From Candidatus Izemoplasmatales bacterium (GTDB lineage: Bacteria; Bacillota_I; Bacilli_A; Izemoplasmatales; Hujiaoplasmataceae), in the NCBI GenBank assembly GCA_050949045.1, contig JBMNEZ010000001.1, forward strand, positions 800,001 through 864,000: 64,000 bases of DNA. The letters run 5' to 3'. Position numbers and translations under genes: made by a program. This document shows positions 29,333 to 38,842 of this stretch, piece by piece. How positions within the stretch are numbered: the stretch's first letter is position 1; each line of letters starts with the position of its first letter. The notes below the pieces were generated by a model. The model was not told the origin of the DNA and did not search any database. It saw only the letters and a program-made list of their open reading frames with translations.

Positions 29333-29445
29333 TTTGGAATATCCTCCTGATCATTAATAGGCGAATATATTTTTGCATATTTCAATCAAAAATGCAAGGC
29401 ACTGTCAATTATTGGCCTTTCCGTCAAACACATTCTCATCGGCAA

Positions 29446-30351
29446 TCAAGGCGCTTCAATGTTTCTTGCGAACCTAACCGTCCCATAGACGCCTATCAGA
29501 ATCAAGGCACTGCCGAGATAGTGATAGTATTCAAGCTGTTCTCGAAGAATCAGCGCTCCCGCTCCGATCGTCACGATCGTTGACAGATTGGCATAGATAC
29601 TCGAGACATGCGCAGGCAGTCTGCCAAGGGAGTAATTGACTAAGAAAAAACCTCCGACCGAAGCTATCAAGCCCAAATATAAAAGCGGCAAAATCAGTTC
29701 GGCGTGCCTTAAAGCCAGCAAATAATCGCCAATCCTGTCTTCGACAAGAAGTTGGATCAGGTAGATTAAGTTGAAAGTGACCGCACCCAAAAACATCATC
29801 ACATAGGTGACCTCAAAAGGCGTCGATATGCCCGCTGCCTTGCGGGAGACAATGTTGAAGCAGGCAGCCGACAAAACAGCCAGCAACAAAAAAACAAAAC
29901 CCCAGCCGCTCCCCGTAATTCCCCCGCTGCTTTTCAAGGCTTGGGTCATAATGATTCCCGCCACGCTGACCAGGATGAATACAACCTGCAAAGGCGTAGG
30001 CTTTTCTTTTGAAACCAGAGCGCCGAGCAAGGCGACAAAAATGGGGATGGCCGCGGTCACCATCGCCGCTTCGGAGCTAGTAGTCAGGCTCAACCCAAAG
30101 GTTTCGAACAGAAAATAAAGGATCGGCTGAAAGATGGCAACCAACGACAAGCGCCCAAATTTTTGCTTGGACAATTTAATCTTGATGACGCCCGTCAGTC
30201 TCAAAAACTCAAAGCCCAGAAAAGCGATCAGAAAACGATAAGAAAGCAAGCCGAGCGGGGTCAAATATTGAAGCGCAGTCTTCGAAAACATGAATGACAA
30301 GCCAAAAATGACCGCGAAACCAACGCCCGCCAGATGGGCTCTTCTATCCAC
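29446..30351 (-). CDS. DMT/EamA family transporter
   Basis: About 10 TM in two repeats; IFGLSF, RF, QP..YF.FE..GL; GTG start with GAGGAGG. Confidence 0.9.
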   Translation of the reverse strand: MDRRAHLAGVGFAVIFGLSFMFSKTALQYLTPLGLLSYRFLIAFLGFEFLRLTGVIKIKLSKQKFGRLSLVAIFQPILYFLFETFGLSLTTSSEAAMVTAAIPIFVALLGALVSKEKPTPLQVVFILVSVAGIIMTQALKSSGGITGSGWGFVFLLLAVLSAACFNIVSRKAAGISTPFEVTYVMMFLGAVTFNLIYLIQLLVEDRIGDYLLALRHAELILPLLYLGLIASVGGFFLVNYSLGRLPAHVSSIYANLSTIVTIGAGALILREQLEYYHYLGSALILIGVYGTVRFARNIEAP

Positions 30352-30503
30352 AAGACCAGCCTCCTCGCCTACAAGTATGATACTATCAAACTCAGGTTTA
30401 ATATGCAATCAAAGTCGCAAATTTCAATACTGCCTGAAACATTGTGTCATCATTCAAAACATGATAAATAATTTCCGAAACAGAAGACTCCGGTTTTTTG
30501 TTT

Positions 30504-30531
30504 TTTACATTGTTTTTACATTAAGTTTACC
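30504..30531 (+). promoter_or_regulatory. Pho box (PhoP-type direct repeats)
   Basis: TTTACA, TTTACA, TTTACC at 30504, 30515, 30526 (11-bp period) upstream of pstS. Confidence 0.8.
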
Positions 30532-30627
30532 TTTTAATGGTTTTTGTAAACTGGAAAATTAGTTATTATTAACTTGAAATCAAATAGAAGGAGGAAATAT
30601 ACCTCAGGGAAGGTATATGAAAAGAAA

Positions 30628-31548
30628 ATGAAGAAAGTTTTTTTAGCGTTTACGATTTTATTATCAGGATTGCTGGTAGCTTGTCAACAAACATCTGATT
30701 GGGATTCAACGAATAAAATCACCGTTTATACAAGAGATACATCTAGCGGGACCAGAGCGGGATTCATGGCAGGCATCGATTTTAGCGAAGCCGCCGAAGA
30801 TGACAGTCTGCTCGTCAAAGGCTTTTTAATCAAAGACAATACGGGAATATTGACCTCCATGAAGACTGATGAATACGGAATAGGTTATATTTCTTTGGCA
30901 TCTTTAGACAATAAGGTAAAAGGGTTGAAGTTCAATGGGGTTGAGCCAACTGTCGCAAATGTTCTCAACGATACTTATGGATTGAAAAGACCATTCAACT
31001 ATATAATCAGAGCCATGAATGACTATAAAACAACAACAGAAAAAGAAATTGTTTTAGCTTTCGTTGCCTTTCTACATACTACCGATGCCGCAGACATTAT
31101 CACAAACCAAGGAGCCATCCCCCTCGCTTCAACACAATCTTGGGATGACATCAAAGGCCAACACAGCGTTTGTACACAAGATAATAGTTCAGTGACCATA
31201 AAATTCGGCGGTTCAGATTCAATACAAAGAATAGCCACGGCATTGACCTCATCATTCGCGGCTAAGTGTGGTAACTTTGTCCCTGAACACGATCACACAG
31301 GCTCATCCGACGCTTTCAAAAGAACTCAAGGTTCAGAAAAAGACGGGGACAATTACAAACATGTTGGCTTTGCGTCCAGACTTTTTAGAGATAATGAAGG
31401 AGGAGCGCCTGGTACACAAGGTCAGTTAGCTTGGGATGCTATCGTTGCTATTGTTCATCTTAATAATGAAGTTTCTGATGTTACTGGAGAAGACTTAAAA
31501 AAGATCTATCGCGGCGACTATACAACTTGGGACCAATTATTAGGATAA
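30628..31548 (+). CDS. pstS: phosphate-binding lipoprotein PstS (circularly permuted lobe order)
   Basis: Lipobox LVAC; RDTSSGTR, IGYIS, RPF first and GGSDS, GSS, ASR, DAI..IV, IY.G...W last; operon context. Confidence 0.9.
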   Translation: MKKVFLAFTILLSGLLVACQQTSDWDSTNKITVYTRDTSSGTRAGFMAGIDFSEAAEDDSLLVKGFLIKDNTGILTSMKTDEYGIGYISLASLDNKVKGLKFNGVEPTVANVLNDTYGLKRPFNYIIRAMNDYKTTTEKEIVLAFVAFLHTTDAADIITNQGAIPLASTQSWDDIKGQHSVCTQDNSSVTIKFGGSDSIQRIATALTSSFAAKCGNFVPEHDHTGSSDAFKRTQGSEKDGDNYKHVGFASRLFRDNEGGAPGTQGQLAWDAIVAIVHLNNEVSDVTGEDLKKIYRGDYTTWDQLLG

Positions 31549-31562
31549 AAAGCATTACTCCC

Positions 31563-31596
31563 AAGAAATGCCCTTATCAATTTAAGGGCATTTCTT
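31563..31596 (+). promoter_or_regulatory. stem-loop after pstS (stabiliser or partial terminator)
   Basis: AAGAAATGCCCTTA-TCAATT-TAAGGGCATTTCTT perfect 14-bp stem. Confidence 0.7.
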
Positions 31597-31618
31597 CTAT
31601 GTACAGACGAGGTGGAAA

Positions 31619-32593
31619 ATGAACGCATTTAAAAAAATATACCTGAAAATGAAAGAATCAATCCACTTCCATAACACAAAGGAAGTAATTGATTTTTGTG
31701 TTAGACTGATTTTTCTTATCGCAACGATCATCTCCGCATCTTTTATTGTCATCATTATTGTTTTTGTAGCCAAAGAGGGAATCAGACCGTTCGTTACGGA
31801 TAATAACGGTTTAGGAAAAGTTGACCTGATTAAATTCCTTACCGGCACAACCTGGCTTCAGGGACCGACTTTCAGATCAAATCTTTACAGTGTCGGCTTT
31901 ATAATCATCAATACGATCTATATTTCTTTCTTATCGCTCTTGGTATCGATGCCTGTTGGCGTTTTAACGGCTTTATTTATCGCAAAAATCGCTCCAAAAA
32001 AATTAAGCACGATCCTTAGGACCGTAATTGAACTCCTAGCAGCGATACCATCAATTATTTACGGGTTGTTCGGTAGCGGCGTAATCCTCTCATTAATATA
32101 CAACTTAGCCAAACTATTCGGCGTCCAATCTCAGGGAGGGCATTCCGTTTTAGCGACTGTAATAGTCTTATCGATAATGATTCTGCCAACAATAACCGCT
32201 TTATCAGAGGTGGCGATTAGAAGTGTCGGGAAAGAAATAGAATACGGTTCATTAGCACTGGGCGCCACAAAAACGCAAACCAATTTCAAAGTTATTTTGA
32301 CTAGTGCGAAATCAGGAATCTTTTCAGCCGCTATCCTAGGCATCGGCAGAGCCTTGGGTGAAGCTACCGCGGTTAGTCTTGTGGCTGGAAACGCAAGAAG
32401 CGGGCCGACATTTAACTTTTTTCAAACAACATCTACTTTAACCTCGACCATGCTACAAGGCTTAAAAGAAACCATTGGACTCGATTATGACATCCGCTTC
32501 AGTGTTGGAATCGTCTTAATGGTTGTCATTTTCCTAACCAATTCAACTTTGAATCTAATTAAGCGAAGAGTAGGTAACATCGATGTCAAATAA
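31619..32593 (+). CDS. pstC: phosphate ABC transporter permease PstC
   Basis: ELLAAIPSIIYGL, MILPTI, ALGAT, GRALGEATAV. Confidence 0.95.
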   Translation: MNAFKKIYLKMKESIHFHNTKEVIDFCVRLIFLIATIISASFIVIIIVFVAKEGIRPFVTDNNGLGKVDLIKFLTGTTWLQGPTFRSNLYSVGFIIINTIYISFLSLLVSMPVGVLTALFIAKIAPKKLSTILRTVIELLAAIPSIIYGLFGSGVILSLIYNLAKLFGVQSQGGHSVLATVIVLSIMILPTITALSEVAIRSVGKEIEYGSLALGATKTQTNFKVILTSAKSGIFSAAILGIGRALGEATAVSLVAGNARSGPTFNFFQTTSTLTSTMLQGLKETIGLDYDIRFSVGIVLMVVIFLTNSTLNLIKRRVGNIDVK

Positions 32594-33782
32594 AAGAAAA
32601 ACGGTAGATAGATTATTACAAATCATTACTTATTCCGCGGCTTTAGTAGCTGTGCTGATTTTATCCTTAATCGTAATCTATATTGTGAAAAACGGATACA
32701 GTCTAATCAATATCAAATTAATTACAAATAATTACCATACCCAGTATTACAACGGGGGCATTGAGAAAATAGATAATTTCAACCTTATTCCTAAACCAGA
32801 AAACCTGGATGATACCGATTATTATTCGGAAAAATGGGGAATCGCTTTTAAAGACGATGTAAATATAGAAGGCAAACCGACAATCATCGTCACATATGTC
32901 GATCGTAACTCCCCGCTAAAACAAATGTATGATAAGAATAATCCGGACAACCATGATTTCAAAATAGAAGTCAACAATATCGTCGTCTCAATCACATTTT
33001 ATGATAAGGATTCAGCGTTGAGCATCCACGGAGCACAACACATGATCAATCAGCTTGATGAAAGTGCGGAATTCAGAGAAATCGTCTTTTCCTCCTTAGG
33101 CGGAGGTATTAGGGGATCATTGATTACCACCTTATACACGATCGGTTTAACCTTGTTGTTTGCGCTTCCGATCGGGATCTTTACGGCGATATATTTAAAC
33201 GAGTTTGCGAAAAAAAACAAGATAACCAATACCATAAGAAGTATGATCGAAACTTTAACCGGTGTCCCCAGTATTATCTTCGGATTGATGGGCTTGGCTG
33301 TTTTTGTGCCAATAACGATAAAATATACCCCGGCAGATAGCGCGAATATCTTATCGGGGAGTCTGACTCTGGCGGTAATATTGTTGCCGGTGATTATCAG
33401 ATCTACAGAAGAATCCTTAAAAGTGGTTCCGGACAGTTTCAGACGAGCGTCTTTAGCCCTGGGGGCCAATAATACGCAAACAACGTTTAAAGTTGTTTTG
33501 CCATCGGCCCTACCGGGAATTCTCACGGCCACATTGCTGGCTATTGGCCGGGTTATCGGCGAGAGTGCAGCGCTCATTTTCGCAATCGGAACAGCGATCA
33601 AGGATGAGATTTCAATTTTTGGAAAATCCACAACATTAGCAGTGCATATCTGGGCTTTGATGACAGACGAACCGGCTAACATTGAATTAGCATGCGCGAT
33701 TTCGATAATAATACTGCTGATTGTATTGATACTTAATCTGTCCATAAAATTAATATCGAAAACTTATTTAAAAAAAGCTTGA
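32583..33782 (+). CDS. pstA: phosphate ABC transporter permease PstA with large extracytoplasmic insert
   Basis: GGGI, AIYLNE, GVPSIIFGL, LPVIIR..EE.L, GRVIGESAAL. Confidence 0.95.
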   Translation: MSNKRKTVDRLLQIITYSAALVAVLILSLIVIYIVKNGYSLINIKLITNNYHTQYYNGGIEKIDNFNLIPKPENLDDTDYYSEKWGIAFKDDVNIEGKPTIIVTYVDRNSPLKQMYDKNNPDNHDFKIEVNNIVVSITFYDKDSALSIHGAQHMINQLDESAEFREIVFSSLGGGIRGSLITTLYTIGLTLLFALPIGIFTAIYLNEFAKKNKITNTIRSMIETLTGVPSIIFGLMGLAVFVPITIKYTPADSANILSGSLTLAVILLPVIIRSTEESLKVVPDSFRRASLALGANNTQTTFKVVLPSALPGILTATLLAIGRVIGESAALIFAIGTAIKDEISIFGKSTTLAVHIWALMTDEPANIELACAISIIILLIVLILNLSIKLISKTYLKKA

Positions 33783-33797
33783 AGGGGAGGAACTTAA

Positions 33798-34556
33798 ATG
33801 ACACAAGAAATATTCAAAATCCAAAATCTAGATTTATTTTATGATAAATTTCAAGCTTTAAGCAACATAAATATGAGCATTGAACATAAAAAAGTGACTG
33901 CTTTAATCGGGCCGTCCGGTTGTGGAAAATCGACTTTCCTGAGATGCCTCAACCGCATGAATGACTTGATTGACAATTGCCAGATCAGCGGCGAAGTGCT
34001 CTATCATGATAAAAACATTTATGAGAAAAACTATGATGTGATAGCGTTAAGGACAAAAGTCGGCATGGTGTTTCAAAAACCCAACCCTTTTCCGATGTCT
34101 ACCTATGACAATGTGGCTTACGGGCCTCGCTGTCAAGGCATTAAAGACAAGAACGAGTTGAACATAATCGTTGAAAAATCATTAAAAGGCGCCGCATTAT
34201 GGGACGAAGTGAAAGACCGCTTGAAACAAAGCGCGATCGGGTTGTCCGGAGGCCAACAACAGCGTTTGTGCATCGCCAGAGCGATCGCGATGGAACCAGA
34301 AGTTATTCTGATGGACGAACCCACCAGTGCCTTAGACCCAATCGCCACTTTAAAAATCGAGGAACTTATCAACACGCTCAAAGAAAATTATGCAATCGTC
34401 ATTGTGACCCACTCGATGCAACAAGCCGCTAGAATCTCAGACAACACCGCTTTCTTTCATATGGGCGAATTAATCGAGTATGATAAAACCGATTTGGTCT
34501 TTACCACACCAAAAAATCAAAAAACTGAAGAATATATTACTGGTCGCTTTGGTTAA
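33798..34556 (+). CDS. pstB: phosphate ABC transporter ATPase PstB
   Basis: [38 protein letters not shown]. Confidence 0.98.
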   Translation: MTQEIFKIQNLDLFYDKFQALSNINMSIEHKKVTALIGPSGCGKSTFLRCLNRMNDLIDNCQISGEVLYHDKNIYEKNYDVIALRTKVGMVFQKPNPFPMSTYDNVAYGPRCQGIKDKNELNIIVEKSLKGAALWDEVKDRLKQSAIGLSGGQQQRLCIARAIAMEPEVILMDEPTSALDPIATLKIEELINTLKENYAIVIVTHSMQQAARISDNTAFFHMGELIEYDKTDLVFTTPKNQKTEEYITGRFG

Positions 34557-34581
34557 TGATATAATTAACTTGGAGGAATCT

Positions 34582-35235
34582 ATGACTTATAGGACGCATT
34601 TCGAAAAAGAATTGGAAGAATTAAAATTAAGTTTAATCAAAATGGGTGATTTAGTCATTAAAAACATCCATCTTTCTTTGCTTTCATTTGTCGAGATGAA
34701 CACCGAACTGGCAGATCAAATCATCAAAGACGATAAACTCGTCAATCAATGTGAATACGATATCGAAAAAGATTGCATGAGAATCATTCTGCGCGAACAA
34801 CCCGTCGCAAAAGATTTAAGGCTGATAACCGCAATCTTAAAAATGGTTACGGATCTGGAAAGAATCGGCGATCACGCCGCTGACATCTCGAAGTTGACGG
34901 TGTTTATGGAGAAAAACAAGAAGCCTTTTGCGGTTAAGCAGGTATACAAAATGGCGGATGAAAGCAAAAAAATGATCAAAATGGCTTTGGAGTCATTTGT
35001 CAATCAAGATCAAGACATTGCCTTGAAAGTTATTGATAATGACGACATCGTGGATGACTATTTTACGGAAGTGCAACATATCGTCGCAGAAGCCATTCGC
35101 GGAAACAATATAGACGCAGACTATGCTCTATATTTGATGATGGTAACTAAATATTTGGAAAGAATCGGCGATCACGCAGTCAATATCGCCGAGTGGGTAA
35201 TCTTTTCAATATTGGGACATCACAGAAGAAAATGA
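34582..35235 (+). CDS. phoU: phosphate signalling protein PhoU
   Basis: QPVAKDLR, DLERIGDHA, YLERIGDHA.NIAE; ATG 34582 with GGAGG. Confidence 0.97.
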   Translation: MTYRTHFEKELEELKLSLIKMGDLVIKNIHLSLLSFVEMNTELADQIIKDDKLVNQCEYDIEKDCMRIILREQPVAKDLRLITAILKMVTDLERIGDHAADISKLTVFMEKNKKPFAVKQVYKMADESKKMIKMALESFVNQDQDIALKVIDNDDIVDDYFTEVQHIVAEAIRGNNIDADYALYLMMVTKYLERIGDHAVNIAEWVIFSILGHHRRK

Positions 35236-35245
35236 GGGAAGAATA

Positions 35246-35932
35246 ATGAGGCCTTTGGTTTTCTCTGTAGAAGACGACTTGAATATTCAAAATGTAATAA
35301 GAATCGCCCTTGAAAACTCCCAGATCGATGTTCTCGCTTTTACCAGCGCCAATCAGATGCTGGCTAAACTTGAAGAGACACTGCCTGATGTTTTGCTTTT
35401 GGATATTATATTGCCGGGGATGGATGGCTTACAACTGATCAAAAAACTTAAAAAGAATGATAAGTATAAAAACATTCCCATTATGGTCATTTCCGCAAAA
35501 ACAACAGAAATAGACAAAGTCATCGGCATCGACCTAGGCGCCGATGACTATATGGCAAAGCCATTTGGAGTTTTGGAAATGGTTTCCAGGGTTAAAGCTC
35601 TCTTAAGAAGGAATAAGAACACTGGCGAAAATGAAGTCTTGGAAATAAACGGTTTAGTGCTCGATAAAAAAGAGCACCAAGTTCTTTATAAAGAAAAAAC
35701 TGTTGACTTAACCAATAAGCAGTTCGACTTATTGGAATATCTAATGCAAAGGCATAAAAGACTGATATCCAGAGAAGAACTGTTAAACAATATTTGGGGC
35801 TATGACTTCGTCGGAGAAACGAGAACGATCGATGTCCATATTAAAGAAATCAGAAACAAACTCAAGCTGGCCGGAATAGAACAGCCGACAATCGAAACCG
35901 TCCGCGGAATAGGATATAAGTTTATATTATGA
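35246..35932 (+). CDS. phoP: OmpR-family response regulator (PhoP/PhoB)
   Basis: VEDD, LLDI.LPG.DG, GADDY..KPF, RTIDVHI, TVRGIGY; pst context. Confidence 0.88.
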   Translation: MRPLVFSVEDDLNIQNVIRIALENSQIDVLAFTSANQMLAKLEETLPDVLLLDIILPGMDGLQLIKKLKKNDKYKNIPIMVISAKTTEIDKVIGIDLGADDYMAKPFGVLEMVSRVKALLRRNKNTGENEVLEINGLVLDKKEHQVLYKEKTVDLTNKQFDLLEYLMQRHKRLISREELLNNIWGYDFVGETRTIDVHIKEIRNKLKLAGIEQPTIETVRGIGYKFIL

Positions 35933-37632
35933 AAAGAAAAATTAGTTTTCAGTTTATATTGATTATTCTGATTTCTTTAATATTTTTCATCGTCGGCGCT
36001 TCTTTTATTGCCCGAAACAGCCTCAATAACGCCACAAAGCTCAATCTTGAAAAGTATCTTTTTATCATACTGCAAGATTACCAAGAACAAAATGAGACAC
36101 AAATCATCGACAAATATGAGGATATTGAAGATTTCTTAAGAATCACCTTTATCGATTCCGCCGGCAATGTCATAGCGGATTCTTTAGCCGACAATTTAGA
36201 CAACCACTTGGACAGGCCTGAAATCGCCAACCCGGGCGAAATATATATCCGCTATTCGGATACATTAAAAATCGACATGATGTATCTTGCGGCAAGCGTC
36301 GATAACGGCTATGTTCGAGTCGCGATCCCAATTTCGTCATTATTAGGGTTCTTAAATGATTTCACTGCTCTGTCGATTGCGATCGGAGTAATCATCGTCA
36401 CCTTATCGATTGTCACAAGCACATATCTGATTAAGCAGAGTCTAAAACCACTACAGGATGTAAAAGAGATACTTTCTAATATCAATCAAGGCAATTTCAA
36501 AGAAATCATGCCGGTCTTGAAATACGATGAAATCAACTCGCTTATAAAAGAAATAAACGAACTCAATCGATCGATGTCCGCCAACATCTTATCTTTAAAA
36601 TCAGAAAAACTGAAATCGGATTTCTTGTTAAACCACATGAATCAAGGAATTTGTGTTTTGGATGAAAATGCAAAAATAGTGTTGTTAAACACCTATTTAA
36701 AACGTTTATATAATTTTAATATCGATTATAACATCAACAAAGATTTCCGCTATCTGTTTCGCGGCGAGGAAATCCAGGCCGCGATCAGAGAAGTTTACAA
36801 CAATAAAAAAGATCAAATGTTAACGATTCAAATCAATGGCGGGTATTACTCTGTTTCAATCATCTACTCTGAAAAAGACTACAGCGAAATACCCACCGTG
36901 ATTCTGATCTATTCCGATATAACCCAAAGCAAAAAAATCGAAACCCTAAAAAAAGACTTTTTTGTAAATGCTTCTCATGAACTGAAGTCGCCTCTTACTA
37001 CCATAATCGGTTCAGCCGAACTCATAGCCAACGATATCGCTTCAGACGAAGCGACTAGAAAAGATCTGGTTAATCGAATTCTCTCCGAAGCCAAACGAAT
37101 GAATAACCTGGTCTTAGACATGTTATCTTTGTCAGAACAAGAAAACAGAGATTCTAAAAAAGAGAAGAAAATAGTCAATCTTCCCAAAACGGTTGAAGAG
37201 GTAATCGATAATCTGAAAGTGATCGCTCAGGAAAAAAAGCTTGAGATTATTACCGATATATTGGATGTAAATATTTATATTAATTATGAAGAAATTTACC
37301 AACTTATTAAAAATGTTTTAGAAAATGCCATTAAATATAATAACAATGAAGGCAAAGTGTGGATCAATATTCAAACAGACGATCAAGATTTGATAATCAA
37401 AGTCACCGATAATGGAATTGGCATCCCCAAAAAAGATCTTGGAAGAGTCTTTGAAAGGTTCTACCGCGTTGACAAAGCAAGAAGCAATGCAATCAGCGGC
37501 ACAGGATTGGGTTTATCCATAGTGAAACACATTGTCATGAACTATCATGGTCGCATTGAACTCGATAGCGAGGATGATGAAGGCACCGAAGTGAGAATAT
37601 ACATTCCCAAAAAAGAATTAAAATTAATGTAA
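35929..37632 (+). CDS. phoR: sensor histidine kinase PhoR-like (TM-HAMP-PAS-HisKA-HATPase)
   Basis: NH.DRPE, NASHELKSP, ENAIKY, DNGIGI, FERFYRVDKARS, GTGLGL. Confidence 0.9.
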   Translation: MKRKISFQFILIILISLIFFIVGASFIARNSLNNATKLNLEKYLFIILQDYQEQNETQIIDKYEDIEDFLRITFIDSAGNVIADSLADNLDNHLDRPEIANPGEIYIRYSDTLKIDMMYLAASVDNGYVRVAIPISSLLGFLNDFTALSIAIGVIIVTLSIVTSTYLIKQSLKPLQDVKEILSNINQGNFKEIMPVLKYDEINSLIKEINELNRSMSANILSLKSEKLKSDFLLNHMNQGICVLDENAKIVLLNTYLKRLYNFNIDYNINKDFRYLFRGEEIQAAIREVYNNKKDQMLTIQINGGYYSVSIIYSEKDYSEIPTVILIYSDITQSKKIETLKKDFFVNASHELKSPLTTIIGSAELIANDIASDEATRKDLVNRILSEAKRMNNLVLDMLSLSEQENRDSKKEKKIVNLPKTVEEVIDNLKVIAQEKKLEIITDILDVNIYINYEEIYQLIKNVLENAIKYNNNEGKVWINIQTDDQDLIIKVTDNGIGIPKKDLGRVFERFYRVDKARSNAISGTGLGLSIVKHIVMNYHGRIELDSEDDEGTEVRIYIPKKELKLM

Positions 37633-37665
37633 GATAAAAATAAATGACAGGTCAATAACGCACTC

Positions 37666-37698
37666 AAAAAAGCAAGCTTATAAAAACTTGCTTTTTTT
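37666..37698 (+). terminator. terminator of the pst-pho operon
   Basis: AAAAAAGCAAG...CTTGCTTTTTTT. Confidence 0.75.
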
Positions 37699-37947
37699 GT
37701 GGATCCTTAAATATAAGAATGTTCTTTGTCTTAATTTAAAAAGCCTTTATGCGTCATTAAGCTTTTAATACCTATAAAGGAACTCATTTAACACAATAAA
37801 ATATACTTATTTCTATCAAAGAAGAAGGTGATTCAATAGATAATAGATAAATTATATCGATTTTAGATTCAAAATGAGTGTATTGATTTGACCATTGTTG
37901 TTTTTTCTATGAAAAAAGTATAAAAACGGCTTAAAATGATCAATATA

Positions 37948-38110
37948 TAGAGAGTGAACCCCATTTAGTATAGTAGACTTTAATAAAAAGGGGTAATATA
38001 TCACTTTATGTAGCCGTAAGCAAAAATTTCAAATTGTTTTTAAAACACCTTCGTATATACTTAAAATATAGGAGGTGTTTTTTAATGGCTTAAAAAGGTC
38101 AAAATTGGAA
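37948..38110 (+). mobile_element. probable IS3-family left-end remnant with nonsense-mutated orfA start
   Basis: GTGAACCCC...TAGAC terminal-like motif; AAAACACCT/AGGTGTTTT hairpin over a GGAGG RBS; ATG GCT TAA AAA GGT CAA (MA*KGQ, resembling MAKKGQ orfA starts). Confidence 0.55.
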
Positions 38111-38154
38111 AGCAGAACATTTAAATTCAAGTACATAGTTAATTTTGATTATGT

Positions 38155-38442
38155 TCAAAAAGGTAAAATAAGCATTTCAAACTGTTCGAAAAATTGGATA
38201 TGTGAAATAACCCAGTTTAGTTTCATCACAAAAAAGACTATTCCGATATTTGCTTTCTGTGACTCCGATAATTGCATGATAAGTTTATCAAATCCATACT
38301 TGATCTTCAGTACATCAATGACTCTTTCAATTTCCAAACGATTGATAAAGTCCATTTTATGAAGTGCTTCGCTTTCTTCATCTGATTTGCTCTTCAATCT
38401 TTCTGTGATGTTTAATAAATAAGAGAAATCACCTTTTCGCAT
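38155..38442 (-). other. AT-rich 95-codon ORF or gene fragment downstream of the tmRNA terminator
   Basis: Open frame MRKGDFSY...; no RBS, no recognisable family. Confidence 0.25.
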
Positions 38443-38473
38443 AAAAAAGGCTTGACACAATTGTGTCAACCCT
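38443..38473 (-). terminator. tmRNA terminator
   Basis: GGGTTGACAC-AATT-GTGTCAAGCC plus TTTTTT. Confidence 0.8.
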
Positions 38474-38485
38474 ATCTCACTAAGA

Positions 38486-38829
38486 TGGTGGAGCTGGGGG
38501 GAATCGAACCCCCGTCCAAAACAGCCGACCATTTGACTTTCTACATGCTTAGCCTCCCGATGGTTTTCACCGCATTGTAGCCAGGAGACAAACATCGATG
38601 CGGTTAGCCCTGTTAATCTCGCTAACATGCCTAAGGCGGCGACATGGTTCGCTATCCTGCTAAGTGCAGTCCGCCCAAACCCGCAGGCCGGAAGGGGAGG
38701 ACTCGCTACTTCTTCTTAAGCAGCGTAAGCGTAATTATTGGTTCCAGTTATATTTACTGGTGCATTTTTAGATCTGCCGATCGCATGCTTATCAAACTCA
38801 AACTATCCTGTCGAATCCAGAACAGCCCC
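38486..38829 (-). ncRNA. ssrA: tmRNA; tag peptide (A)GTNNYAYAA* encoded at 38716-38745
   Basis: 5' GGGGCTGTTCTGGATTCGAC, 3' GGTTCGATTCCCCCCAGCTCCACCA, ATAACT resume context, immediately downstream of smpB. Confidence 0.97.
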
Positions 38830-38842
38830 GGATAATACCGCT

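Noticed and set aside
30352..30500. Search for a duplicated ssrA 3' end (att site) at the left edge of the pst block
   Set aside because: No TGGTGGAGCT-like repeat seen; the similarity between the ssrA and tRNA-Val 3' ends is ordinary acceptor/T-arm similarity
38443..38628. N-terminal part of the 157-aa minus-strand ORF
   Set aside because: Runs through the tmRNA body and its terminator; not a credible CDS
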